From Acetobacteraceae bacterium (GTDB taxonomy: Bacteria; Pseudomonadota; Alphaproteobacteria; Acetobacterales; Acetobacteraceae): a DNA stretch of 37,763 nt. Made by a program: the position numbers and the translations under genes. This document shows positions 26,581 to 37,733 of this stretch, piece by piece. The first letter of the stretch is position 1, and every line of letters begins with the position of its first letter. The stretch covers positions 1 to 37,763 of the forward strand of contig DAHUXX010000098.1 in assembly GCA_027306955.1 (NCBI GenBank), written 5' to 3'. The notes beneath the pieces were generated by a model that was given only the letters and a program-made list of their open reading frames with translations, searched no databases and was not told the origin of the DNA.

Positions 26581-27003
26581 TTACTTCGCGATCTCGTCCA
26601 GCGCGCGCTGGAAGCGCCCGGCGTGCGAACGCTCGGCTTTGGCCAGCGTCTCGAACCAGTCGGCGATCTCCTCGAAGCCCTCCTCGCGGGCGGTGCGGGC
26701 CATGCCGGGGTACATATCGGTGTACTCGTGCGTCTCGCCGGCGACGGCCGCCTTGAGGTTGGCGTCGGTCTTGCCAATCGGCAGGCCCGTCGCCGGGTCG
26801 CCCACAGCCTCGAGGAATTCGAGATGGCCGTGCGCGTGGCCAGTCTCACCCTCCGCCGTCGAGCGGAACACGGCGGCGACGTCGTTGAACCCTTCCACGT
26901 CTGCCTTCTGAGCGAAATACAGGTAGCGGCGATTGGCCTGGCTCTCGCCCGCGAACGCTTCCTTGAGATTGTGCTCGGTCTTGCTGCCCTTGAGTGTCGT
27001 CAC
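26581..27003 (-). CDS. rubrerythrin-family di-iron protein without a rubredoxin domain
   Basis: 140 aa with a GTG start and GAGGA 4 nt upstream. It has four-helix-bundle ligands: AGESQ, EGETGH (ExxH), AGETHE, KAERSH (ExxH). No CxxC pairs are present. Confidence 0.9.
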   Translation of the reverse strand: MTTLKGSKTEHNLKEAFAGESQANRRYLYFAQKADVEGFNDVAAVFRSTAEGETGHAHGHLEFLEAVGDPATGLPIGKTDANLKAAVAGETHEYTDMYPGMARTAREEGFEEIADWFETLAKAERSHAGRFQRALDEIAK

Positions 27004-27188
27004 GTTGTCCTCGTTGCGTGAAAATCCCCACCCCGGTTATCGCGCCGGAAGGTCGACCGCAAGACGGGTTGCTGCATTGCACAAGGATTTTTGTGTGGGC
27101 CGTGCCCGATCGCTCCAAGGGCCCGGAAAGCCAGGCGGCGCCGGGGTTTGCCCACGGCGTCGCCCCATCCTTCCAGTCCAGCCCGCGA

Positions 27189-29488
<2,300 letters not shown>

Positions 29489-30391
29489 ATGTTCCAGATC
29501 AGCCTCCGACAGCTCCGCTATTTCGACGCCGTCGCCCGGCACACCCATTTCGGCCGTGCCGCGGCGGCCTGCGCCATCTCCCAGCCGGCGCTCTCCATGC
29601 AGGTCAAGGAGCTTGAGGAGGCGCTTGGCGCCGTGCTGGTGGAACGCGGTGCGCGCCAGGTGCGGCTGACCGCCTTCGGCGAGGAGGCGGCGCGGCGCGT
29701 GCGCGACATCCTGCGTTCCGTCGACGAGCTGGGCGACGTCGCCCGCGCCTCGCGCGACCGGCTGACCGGGCGGCTGCGCATCGGCATGATCCCGACCATC
29801 GCGCCCTACCTGCTGCCGGCGGTCATCGCCAACCTCAACCGCGCGCATCCGGAGCTCGACATCCTTGTGCGCGAGGCACTGACGTCCCGCCTCATCGTCG
29901 AGTTGACCGAGGGGCGGCTCGACACCGCGATCCTGGCGTTGCCGGTCTCCGAGCCGGCGCTCGCCGAAACCCCCCTTTTCACCGAGAATTTCCTGCTCGT
30001 CCGCCCGGCCGCCGATGCCGCGGCGCCGGTGCCCGGCCCGCAGGCGTTGCGCGAAATGAGGTTGCTGCTGCTGGAGGAGGGGCATTGTTTCCGCGACCAG
30101 GCGCTTGCCTTCTGCGACATGGAGGGCGCGCAGCCGCGGGAGATCATGGATGCCAGCTCGCTCGCGACCCTGGTGCAGATGGTGGGCGCCGGGCTCGGCG
30201 TGACATTGATCCCCGAGATGGCCGTCGCGCTCGAAACCCGTTCCGCCGATGTCACGGTCGCGCGTTTCGCGGACCCGCAGCCCGCGCGCACCGTCGGCAT
30301 GGTCTGGCGCAAGGCGAGCCCGCTGGTGGGACCGTTTCTGCAGTTGTCGGATGCGGTCGCCGCGGCCGTGCGAGGCAACTATCCGGACTAG
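29489..30391 (+). CDS. oxyR: LysR-family hydrogen-peroxide-sensing regulator OxyR
   Basis: Has an N-terminal wHTH (LRYFDAVARHTHFGRAAAACAISQPALSMQVKELE). The redox Cys pair is in the conserved context LLEEGHCFRDQALAFC (C200/C209, the same 9-residue register as E. coli C199/C208). It is divergent from katG. Confidence 0.85.
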   Translation: MFQISLRQLRYFDAVARHTHFGRAAAACAISQPALSMQVKELEEALGAVLVERGARQVRLTAFGEEAARRVRDILRSVDELGDVARASRDRLTGRLRIGMIPTIAPYLLPAVIANLNRAHPELDILVREALTSRLIVELTEGRLDTAILALPVSEPALAETPLFTENFLLVRPAADAAAPVPGPQALREMRLLLLEEGHCFRDQALAFCDMEGAQPREIMDASSLATLVQMVGAGLGVTLIPEMAVALETRSADVTVARFADPQPARTVGMVWRKASPLVGPFLQLSDAVAAAVRGNYPD

Positions 30392-30409
30392 GCGTTCCTT
30401 GGCGCTTTC

Positions 30410-31429
30410 TTACGGCGCGGGGATGTCCGTGCCCAGGTGGAACAGGCAGTCGCCACGTACGGTGCGGCCGGGGACGCGGCGAACCAGCACCAGGCCGTCG
30501 CGCGCGAAGTGCTGCACGGAGGGTTCGCTGCCCGGCGTCTCCGGCGTGTGGATGCGCGCGGCCGGCTGGCCCGCCTTCACCTCCTCGCCGGGTTCGGCCA
30601 GCGGTTCGAAGATGCCGCATTCCCGTGCGTGGACGAAATAATCGTCCCCGCCCACCGCGACGTAGCGCGTCTTGCCCGGCACGGCGCGCGAGGCGGGCAG
30701 GATGCCGATGTGCGCGAGCAGGTTGATCACGCCGCGCTCCGCGATCGCGAGGCCTTCGCGATTGAGCGTGCCCGCGCCGCCGAGTTCAGAACCCATGGTG
30801 GGGATGCCGAGCCGCTTCGCGGCCCCGGTCAGCGTGCGGTCGGCGCCGGTGCCCTGGCCGCCGGCCGCGACATAGGCGAGCGGGGCGGCGAACGCCGCGA
30901 GCGCGGCCTTGGTCCTGGCGAAGCGCGCGGCGTCGTCGTCGCGTTCGATCAGCGCGCAGGGCGTGTAATTGAGCGAGGAGCCGCCGGAATGCAGGTCGCA
31001 GGCAAGGTCCGCGAGCGGGGCGAGCTTCTGCGTGACGTAGGCCGCGATCTGCTGCGTCGGCGTACCGTCCGCGTCGCCGGGGAAGCTGCGGTTGAGGTTG
31101 CCGGCATCGATCGGCGAGGTGCGGCGGCCGGCCATCGCGGCGGGGAAGTTCATCATCGGCAGGATGATGACGCGGCCCTTGATCTCACGCGGGTCGAGCG
31201 TGCGCGCGAGGTTGGCGAGCGCCACCTGGCCCTCGTACTCGTCGCCGTGCGTGCCGCCGGTGAGCAGCGCCGTCGGCCCTGCGCCGTTGCGCACGACGGT
31301 AATCGGGATCGGGATGAAGCCGTAGGCCGATTCGTGGACGGAATGATAGAGCCGCACGTAGCCATGCTGCTTGCCGTCGCGCCCGAAATCCACTTCGGCC
31401 ATCAGCCGCGTCGGCTTCGTCTCGTTCAT
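30410..31429 (-). CDS. succinylglutamate desuccinylase/aspartoacylase (AstE/AspA) family zinc hydrolase (DoeB-like deacylase)
   Basis: Contains ..LLTGGTHGDEYEGQVAL.. (H-x-x-E zinc motif), ..NLNRSFPG.., ..DLHSGG.. Length is 339 aa. Confidence 0.78.
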   Translation of the reverse strand: MNETKPTRLMAEVDFGRDGKQHGYVRLYHSVHESAYGFIPIPITVVRNGAGPTALLTGGTHGDEYEGQVALANLARTLDPREIKGRVIILPMMNFPAAMAGRRTSPIDAGNLNRSFPGDADGTPTQQIAAYVTQKLAPLADLACDLHSGGSSLNYTPCALIERDDDAARFARTKAALAAFAAPLAYVAAGGQGTGADRTLTGAAKRLGIPTMGSELGGAGTLNREGLAIAERGVINLLAHIGILPASRAVPGKTRYVAVGGDDYFVHARECGIFEPLAEPGEEVKAGQPAARIHTPETPGSEPSVQHFARDGLVLVRRVPGRTVRGDCLFHLGTDIPAP

Positions 31430-31456
31430 TCCCGTTCCCCCGTTTCCCGTACGACG

Positions 31457-32509
31457 CTACGCCGTTTCTCTGGCCATCAAGGCCTCGACAGCCTGGTCGA
31501 CCAGCTCCTGGATGATCGAGGCGACCGGCTGCACCTCGGTGACCATTCCCACCGACTGGCCAGCCATCACCGAGCCTTCCTCCACGTCGCCCTCGATCAC
31601 CGCGCGGCGCAGCGCGCCGGCCCAGAAATGCTCGATCGACAGCTGCGCTTGCTCGCGCGTCATGTCGCCCGCCTGGAACTTGCGGATGGTCTCCGCCTGG
31701 TGCTCGAGGAACCGTTTCGTTCCGGCATTGGACAGGCCGCGTACCGGGATCACCGGAAAGCGCGGGTCAAGCTGCACGCTCGGTACCGCGTCGCGCGCCG
31801 CTGCACGGATGAAGGCCCGCTTGAAGTTCGGGTGCGCGATGCTCTCCGCACTCGCGGCGAAGCGCGTGCCGAGCTGGGCGCCGGACGCACCCATCTCGAG
31901 GTATGACAGAATCGCCTCGCCGCGCCCGAGCCCGCCGGCGACGAACACCGGAACCTCGCGCAGGTGCGGCAGGATCTCCTGCGCCAGCACCGTGAGCGAG
32001 ACGGGGCCGATATTCCCGCCGGCCTCGCTGCCTTCGATCACGATGGCGTCGGCGCCACTGCGCACCAGCCGCTTCGCCAGCACCAGCGCGGGTGCGAAGC
32101 AGACGAGCTGCGCCCGCTCCTTCACCGCGCGCACCGCGGGCCCGGGCGGGATGCCGCCGGCCAGCACCACGTGGCCCACGCCGGCGGCCAGCGTCACGCG
32201 GATCAGGTCGTCGAGCTCCGGGTGCATGGTGATGAGGTTCACGCCGAACGGCTTGTGCGTCAGCGCCTGCGTCGCCGCGATCTCCGCTTCCAGCAGCGCC
32301 GGCGTCATCGCACCGCAGGCGATCACGCCGAACCCGCCGGCATTCGAAATCGCCGAGACCAGGTGCCGCTCGCTCACCCAGCTCATGGCGCCGCCCATGA
32401 TGGCGACCTCGGTGCCGAGGAACATGGTGCCCCGGCGCCACAGTCCGTCGAGCCGCGCCCGCGCCGCGGCCCTCCGCCCGTCCGAGCTGTCGTCAGGCAT
32501 CGAGGCCAT
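31457..32509 (-). CDS. nitronate monooxygenase / FabK-like FMN oxidoreductase (NMO family)
   Basis: Contains ..IMGGAMSWVSERHLVSAISNAGGFGVIA.., ..FGVNLI.., ..IVIEGSEAGGNIG.., ..PVFVAGGLG.. The start is uncertain: 32509 overlaps the lysC stop by 17 nt, and 32425 is the alternative. Confidence 0.78.
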   Translation of the reverse strand: MASMPDDSSDGRRAAARARLDGLWRRGTMFLGTEVAIMGGAMSWVSERHLVSAISNAGGFGVIACGAMTPALLEAEIAATQALTHKPFGVNLITMHPELDDLIRVTLAAGVGHVVLAGGIPPGPAVRAVKERAQLVCFAPALVLAKRLVRSGADAIVIEGSEAGGNIGPVSLTVLAQEILPHLREVPVFVAGGLGRGEAILSYLEMGASGAQLGTRFAASAESIAHPNFKRAFIRAAARDAVPSVQLDPRFPVIPVRGLSNAGTKRFLEHQAETIRKFQAGDMTREQAQLSIEHFWAGALRRAVIEGDVEEGSVMAGQSVGMVTEVQPVASIIQELVDQAVEALMARETA

Positions 32510-33707
32510 AGGCGGTGTGCAGCGCGCGGACGGCGAGCTCCGTGTAGTCGGCCGCGATCAGCACCGAGACCTTGATCTCGCTGGTCGAGATCACCTGGAT
32601 GTTGATGCCCTTTGACGCCAATGTGGCGAACATCGTGCTCGCGACACCGGCATGCGAGCGCATGCCCACACCGACAACGCTGATCTTCGCGACATCGGAA
32701 TCAGCGAGGATCGCGCTGTAGCCGATCTTCTCCCTGGCGGCCTCGAGCGTCGCCTGGGCGCGCGGCAGGTCGGCGCGCGAGATGGTGAATGTGAGGTCCG
32801 TCGTGCCGTCCGCGGAGACGTTCTGCACGATCATGTCCACATTCATGCCCGCCTCCGACAACGGCCCGAAGATTGCGGCCGCGATCCCCGGACGGTCCGG
32901 CACGCCACGCACGGTCATCTTCGCCTCGTCGCGCGAGTAGGCGATGCCGCTCACGATCTCCTGTTCCACGATCTCCTCCTCGTCAACCACCAGCGTGCCG
33001 GGCTTGTCCTCGAAGCTCGAGAGCACCTGCACGCGCACGCGCTCCTTCATCGCCAGCTCGACGCTGCGCGTCTGCAAAACCTTCGCGCCCACGGAGGCCA
33101 GCTCCAGCATCTCCTCGTAGGCGATGCGCGGCAGCTTCTTCGCGCGCGGCACGATGCGCGGGTCGGTGGTGTAGACACCATCCACGTCCGTGTAGATATC
33201 GCAGCGATCGGCCTTGAGGGCGGCCGCCAGTGCCACCGCCGAAGTGTCGGAGCCGCCGCGACCCAATGTCGCGATGCGCTGGTCCGGCGCCAGGCCCTGG
33301 AAGCCGGCGACCACCGCGACCTGGCCCGCCTGCATGCGGCGGATCAGCTCCGTGCCCTCGATCGAGGCGATACGCGCCCTGCCGTGCTGCGCGTCGGTGC
33401 GGACGGGGATCTGCCAGCCCTGCCAGGAACGGGCATCCACCCCGATCTCCTGCAGCGCGATTGCCAGCAGTCCGGTCGTCACCTGCTCGCCGGTCGCCAC
33501 CACGGTGTCGTACTCGCGCGCGTCGTGCAGGGCCGAAAGCTGCTGGCACCAGGCGACCAACTGGTTCGTCACCCCGGCCATGGCGGAGACCACCACCGAC
33601 ACCTCGTCGCCCCCATCCACCGCGCGTTTGACGCGAGCCGCGACATTGCGGATGCGGTCGAGGTCGGCGACGGACGTGCCGCCGAATTTCATCACGATAC
33701 GGGCCAT
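32493..33707 (-). CDS. lysC: aspartate kinase
   Basis: Starts MARIVMKFGGTSVADLDRIRNVA.. (ATG at 33707). Contains ..VVVSAMAG.TN.L.. and two C-terminal ACT domains. Length is 404 aa. Confidence 0.93.
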   Translation of the reverse strand: MARIVMKFGGTSVADLDRIRNVAARVKRAVDGGDEVSVVVSAMAGVTNQLVAWCQQLSALHDAREYDTVVATGEQVTTGLLAIALQEIGVDARSWQGWQIPVRTDAQHGRARIASIEGTELIRRMQAGQVAVVAGFQGLAPDQRIATLGRGGSDTSAVALAAALKADRCDIYTDVDGVYTTDPRIVPRAKKLPRIAYEEMLELASVGAKVLQTRSVELAMKERVRVQVLSSFEDKPGTLVVDEEEIVEQEIVSGIAYSRDEAKMTVRGVPDRPGIAAAIFGPLSEAGMNVDMIVQNVSADGTTDLTFTISRADLPRAQATLEAAREKIGYSAILADSDVAKISVVGVGMRSHAGVASTMFATLASKGINIQVISTSEIKVSVLIAADYTELAVRALHTAYGLDA

Positions 33708-33788
33708 GGATCGGGCGGGGCGGTTGCTTGTGCGGGAAGGCGGCGTCACATCACGGACGCGCACCAGCGGAGCAACATCGGGGCCCAG

Positions 33789-34460
33789 ATGGCAGAGCAG
33801 GCGGAAATCGCGGGGTTCGAGCGGCTGGCGTCGCGCTGGTGGGATCGGCATGGGCCGATGGCGCCGCTGCACGCCATGAACCCGGCGCGCGTCGGCTGGA
33901 TCGCCGCGCGCGCACCCCAGGGCGCCCGCCTGCTCGATGTGGGCTGCGGCGCCGGCATCGCCGCCGAGGCCTTCGCCCGCAAGGGTTTCCGCGTCACGGG
34001 GCTGGACGCCGGGGCGGCGCTGATCGCGGCGGCCGAGGCGCACGCGGACCCGGCGCTGGGCATCGCCTACCGCGCCGGCCTGATCTGCGACCTCATCGCC
34101 GAGGGCGCGCGCTTCCCCGTCGTCACTGCGCTCGAGGTGATCGAGCACGTGGACGACCCGGCGGGGTTCGTCCTGGAACTGGCCCAATTGCTGCAACCGG
34201 GCGGGTACCTGTTCCTCTCCACCGTCAACCGCACGCCGGCGAGCTTCCTCACCGCCAAGATCGGCGCGGAATACGTCCTGCGCATGCTGCCCATCGGCAC
34301 GCATGACTGGAAACGCCTCGTCAAGCCGGGGGAACTCGGCGACATGCTGCGCGGCGCGGGGCTGCGCGTGGCGGATATCGCGGGACTGGCGCCAGGGTTG
34401 GCGGGGTGGCTCACCGTGCAACGCCCGGGAACAAACTACATCGTCGAGGCGCGGGCTTAG
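33789..34460 (+). CDS. ubiG: bifunctional 3-demethylubiquinol / 2-polyprenyl-6-hydroxyphenol O-methyltransferase
   Basis: Starts MAEQAEIAGFERLASRWWDRHGPMAPLHAMNP.RV.WI, with the SAM motif LLDVGCGAGI and ..EVIEHV.. It is divergent from lysC, a common alphaproteobacterial arrangement. Confidence 0.9.
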   Translation: MAEQAEIAGFERLASRWWDRHGPMAPLHAMNPARVGWIAARAPQGARLLDVGCGAGIAAEAFARKGFRVTGLDAGAALIAAAEAHADPALGIAYRAGLICDLIAEGARFPVVTALEVIEHVDDPAGFVLELAQLLQPGGYLFLSTVNRTPASFLTAKIGAEYVLRMLPIGTHDWKRLVKPGELGDMLRGAGLRVADIAGLAPGLAGWLTVQRPGTNYIVEARA

Positions 34461-34490
34461 GCGGAGTTCCGCCCTCGGCCCGCGGCCCCG

Positions 34491-34991
34491 TTAACTATCG
34501 GCTCTGGGAAGCCAGGGGATGCGGCTGACCCCGATGCCCTCTTCGGCCAGGACCTCGGCTTCCTCCGGGCTCGTCTCGCCGTAGATGCCGCGGCCCTCGC
34601 GCTCGCCGCTCTTGATGCGCCTGGCCTCGGCGGCGAACTCGTTGCCAACATAGTCGCAGCGCGCCTCAACCTCGGCGCGCAGCTTCTGCAGCATGGCCCG
34701 CATCTCGGCCGGCATGTCGGGGATGCTGGCGACCGTCTGGCCCGGCTTGGCGGGCGGCTTCGCCTCGGCGGGCGCAGCCGCCTCGGCCGGCGCCTCCGGC
34801 TCGCGGCGGTTGCGCGCGGGCGCGCCCTTGCGTGGCACCGCGGGGGCCATCAGCGCCCGCTCGACCTTGACGTCCCCGCAGCGCGGGCAGGCGATCAGCC
34901 CCGCAGCGACCTGCTTCTCGAAGCCGGCGCTGTCCACGAACCAGCCGTCGAAGCCGTGATCGGCGGGGCAGCGAAGTTGGTAATGAATCAT
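34491..34991 (-). CDS. DUF1178-family zinc-ribbon protein
   Basis: MIHYQLRCPADHGFDGWFVDSAGFEKQVAAGLIACPRCGD.. is the typical N-terminus of DUF1178. The C-terminus ..YGETSPEEAEVLAEEGI also fits. Recognised from memory. Confidence 0.75.
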   Translation of the reverse strand: MIHYQLRCPADHGFDGWFVDSAGFEKQVAAGLIACPRCGDVKVERALMAPAVPRKGAPARNRREPEAPAEAAAPAEAKPPAKPGQTVASIPDMPAEMRAMLQKLRAEVEARCDYVGNEFAAEARRIKSGEREGRGIYGETSPEEAEVLAEEGIGVSRIPWLPRADS

Positions 34992-35044
34992 GATCCAAAA
35001 TATGGGCATCCGCCCACCGGCGGCAAGCGACCGCGACGCGGGGA

Positions 35045-35305
35045 TCACTCGGTGGCGAGCAGCGTGTCCAGCTCGCCGGAGCGATCCAGCGCCACCAAGT
35101 CGTCGCAGCCGCCGATCGAACGCCCGTTGATGAAGATCTGCGGCACTGTGGTTCGCCCGCCCGAGCGTTCGACGGCCTCCGCCCGCGCCTTGGTGCCGCG
35201 CGGTGCGTCGATCTCGCGGAACGCCGCGCCCTTGCTGGTGAGGATGTGGATGGCGCGCGCGCAGTACGGGCACCAGGGCTGGGTGTAGATCTCGATCTCG
35301 GGCAT
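35045..35305 (-). CDS. grxC: glutaredoxin 3
   Basis: MPEIEIYTQPWCPYCARAIHILTSKG... (CPYC active site), ..TVPQIFINGRSIGGCDDL.. Length is 86 aa. Confidence 0.9.
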   Translation of the reverse strand: MPEIEIYTQPWCPYCARAIHILTSKGAAFREIDAPRGTKARAEAVERSGGRTTVPQIFINGRSIGGCDDLVALDRSGELDTLLATE

Positions 35306-35425
35306 CGGTCCCTGCCGGGGTTCTTGCTGGTCGGTGCCCGTGACGTGGCGCGATCGCGGCCGCGCCGCAAGCCCTCGAAACATGACATCACGCCAGCGCA
35401 TGGCGACGCTCGTCCCCCGCGCCGC

Positions 35426-36199
35426 TTACAGCCGCCTGAACGCCCGCGCGAGCGCCAGGACATCGACGCTGGCCGCCCCCGCCTCCAGGAGCGCCGCCGC
35501 GCAGGCGCCGGCGGTGGCGCCGGACGTCAGCACGTCGTCCACCAGCAGCACGCGCTTGCGGCCGAGGGCCGCCACGCGCGCGGGCCGCACGGCGAAGGCG
35601 CCCGCGACCTCCTGCGCGCGTTCCTCCCGGCCGAGATCACCGAGTGGCGCCGTCGGGCGCGTGCGCACAAGGGCGTCCAGCAGCGCGATCCGGCCCGGCC
35701 CGACCAATGCCCGCGCCAGCACCGCCGCCTGGTTGTAGCGCCGCTCGAACAGGCGCCGCCGGTGCAGCGGCACCGGCACGATCGCCTCTGCCTCCGCCAG
35801 CAGTGTGGCGCCGGCGCGCGCCATCAGCGGCGCGAGGTGGCGTGCCGTCTCCGGCCGGTCGGCATATTTCAGCGGCAGCACCAGGCGCCGAGCCACGGCG
35901 TCGTAGGCGAGCGCGGCCCGGGCCTGGCGCCAGGGCGGCGGGCGCTCCCGGCAGTCGCCGCAGAGGCCGTTGGCCCCGCCCTGCCCCGCGGCCTCGAAGG
36001 GCACGCCGCAGCGCTCGCACAGCGGCGGCGCGATGAGGTGGGCGCGGGAGAAGCACGCGGCGCAGAACTGCCCGGGCTCGGCGACCGGCCCGTCGCAGGC
36101 AAGGCAGAGCGGCGGCACCAGCGCGTCCAGCGCCAGCCGTCCCCAGCGCCGGAGGGCGGGCCGGGGAAAAAGCCTAGACGCCGAAACGGACGGTCCCAT
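35426..36199 (-). CDS. ComF-family protein (double zinc ribbon plus phosphoribosyltransferase domain)
   Basis: Contains CLACDGPV...FCAACF..., CERCGVPF...CGDC, and the PRTase loop VLLVDDVLTSGAT. The start codon is uncertain; as listed it overlaps the upstream rhodanese gene by 26 nt. Confidence 0.78.
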   Translation of the reverse strand: MGPSVSASRLFPRPALRRWGRLALDALVPPLCLACDGPVAEPGQFCAACFSRAHLIAPPLCERCGVPFEAAGQGGANGLCGDCRERPPPWRQARAALAYDAVARRLVLPLKYADRPETARHLAPLMARAGATLLAEAEAIVPVPLHRRRLFERRYNQAAVLARALVGPGRIALLDALVRTRPTAPLGDLGREERAQEVAGAFAVRPARVAALGRKRVLLVDDVLTSGATAGACAAALLEAGAASVDVLALARAFRRL

Positions 36200-37733
36200 C
36201 CCGCTCGATCTCGCGCACGAGGTCGATCTCCCAGGAGAGGTAGTCCTCCATCGCCGCCTCGACGCCGCTGTTGCGGTCGTAGGGGCGCAGGTAGACGTCG
36301 ACGCAGGCCTCGTCCGGCGGGTTGGCGCGGTCAGCCTCCAGCGTCAGTCCGGCCGCCCGCCAGGCCGCCATGCCACCCTCCATGACCCGCACCCTCGCAC
36401 CCGAAATCACGGCGACTTCGGTCGCGGCGTAGGCGGCGAGGCGCCCGTCCTCGCTCGTCACCACCACCTCGCCGGAGCCGGCCAGCTTCTCGCGCAGCCG
36501 GCCGAGGCGCGTGCGGATGCCCCACAGCGCCCCCGGCACGTGCCCAGCGCGGTAGGCGAGGCTGCGCGAGAGGTCGAGGAGCGGCGTGCCCGGCTCGATC
36601 CCTCCTGGCGCCACCGCGTTCACCAGCGGCAGCACCGGCGTGTGCAGGCGCGGCAGCGGCGGCAGGTCCGCCATGCGGATCGTATAGACCTCGCGATGGC
36701 CCATCAGGCGCAGCCACGCGGCTGTCATCGCCGCGCGCACGCCGTCGTCGTCCACCAGCACGATGCGCCCGCCGCGGGTGGCGATCCAGCGGTCGGTCGC
36801 CTGCACCAGCTGCCCGCCCGGCGCGTTGCGCGTGCCCGGCGCGTGGGCGGCGGTGAACTCATCGGGTGCGCGCACGTCGAGCACGTAGAGCGTGCGCGCG
36901 TCGTCCGCGGCGAAGCCCGCCAGCGCCGCGCTCTCGATGCGCCGCACGCCGGCCTCGCGCGCGAAGGCCTCGGCGCGTTCGAGCGCCAGATCCGCGCTCG
37001 CCGGGCGGCCGGGGGCGTAGGTCGCGCTCTCGCCGCGCGCCGGGCTGAGGCCCGCGAGCTCCCAGCCCATGGTGCCGTTGCGCAGGGCGACGACCTTGTT
37101 GGGAATGCCGGCGCGGCGCAGGCTCTCGGCGCCGAGGATGGAACGGGTGCGCCCCGCGCAGTTCACCACGACCAGCGTCTCGGGGTCCGGCGCCAGGTCG
37201 CCGATGCGGTAGACGAGCTCCGCCCCCGGCACGTCGATGCCCGTCGGGATCGACATCACCCGGAACTCCTCCATCGGGCGGGAATCCAACACCACCATCC
37301 TGCGGCCGGAACGGATCCAGGCATCGAGCTCCGGCGCGTCCACGCTTTCGGTGCCGTAATGATGCTCGACCCATTCGCCGAACGCCTTGGAGGGGACGTT
37401 GACGCCGGAGAACAGGACGTGGCCGGCCTCCGGCCCCCTCTCCGCCCAGGCCTTCGTGCCGCCGTCCAGCACCGAGACATCCGTGCCGCCCATCCGCTCG
37501 ACCAGGCTCGCGAGGCGCTTGGCGAGTCCGGTGTCGTCGTCAACGCAGACGACGCGGGTGCGCGGGTTGGGCAGCAGACCGGGCAGCAGCAGCTCCGCGC
37601 GCGACAGCGGAACGTTGACGGCCCAGAACAGATGCGCGGCGCCGAATTCCCCCTCCTCGCGCGCGTCGAGGATGGCGAGCTCGTGGCGGTCGAGAATCCA
37701 GCCTCGCAGCGCGTCGGCGGAGACCTGTTTCAT
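36174..37733 (-). CDS. multi-rhodanese-domain sulfurtransferase (four tandem rhodanese-like modules)
   Basis: 519 aa. One canonical active-site loop is present (VVVNCAGRTRS). The other three modules have Asp-rich or Cys-less loops at that position (VVCVDDDTG, VLVDDDGVRA, VVTSEDGRLA). Confidence 0.78.
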   Translation of the reverse strand: MKQVSADALRGWILDRHELAILDAREEGEFGAAHLFWAVNVPLSRAELLLPGLLPNPRTRVVCVDDDTGLAKRLASLVERMGGTDVSVLDGGTKAWAERGPEAGHVLFSGVNVPSKAFGEWVEHHYGTESVDAPELDAWIRSGRRMVVLDSRPMEEFRVMSIPTGIDVPGAELVYRIGDLAPDPETLVVVNCAGRTRSILGAESLRRAGIPNKVVALRNGTMGWELAGLSPARGESATYAPGRPASADLALERAEAFAREAGVRRIESAALAGFAADDARTLYVLDVRAPDEFTAAHAPGTRNAPGGQLVQATDRWIATRGGRIVLVDDDGVRAAMTAAWLRLMGHREVYTIRMADLPPLPRLHTPVLPLVNAVAPGGIEPGTPLLDLSRSLAYRAGHVPGALWGIRTRLGRLREKLAGSGEVVVTSEDGRLAAYAATEVAVISGARVRVMEGGMAAWRAAGLTLEADRANPPDEACVDVYLRPYDRNSGVEAAMEDYLSWEIDLVREIERDGTVRFGV

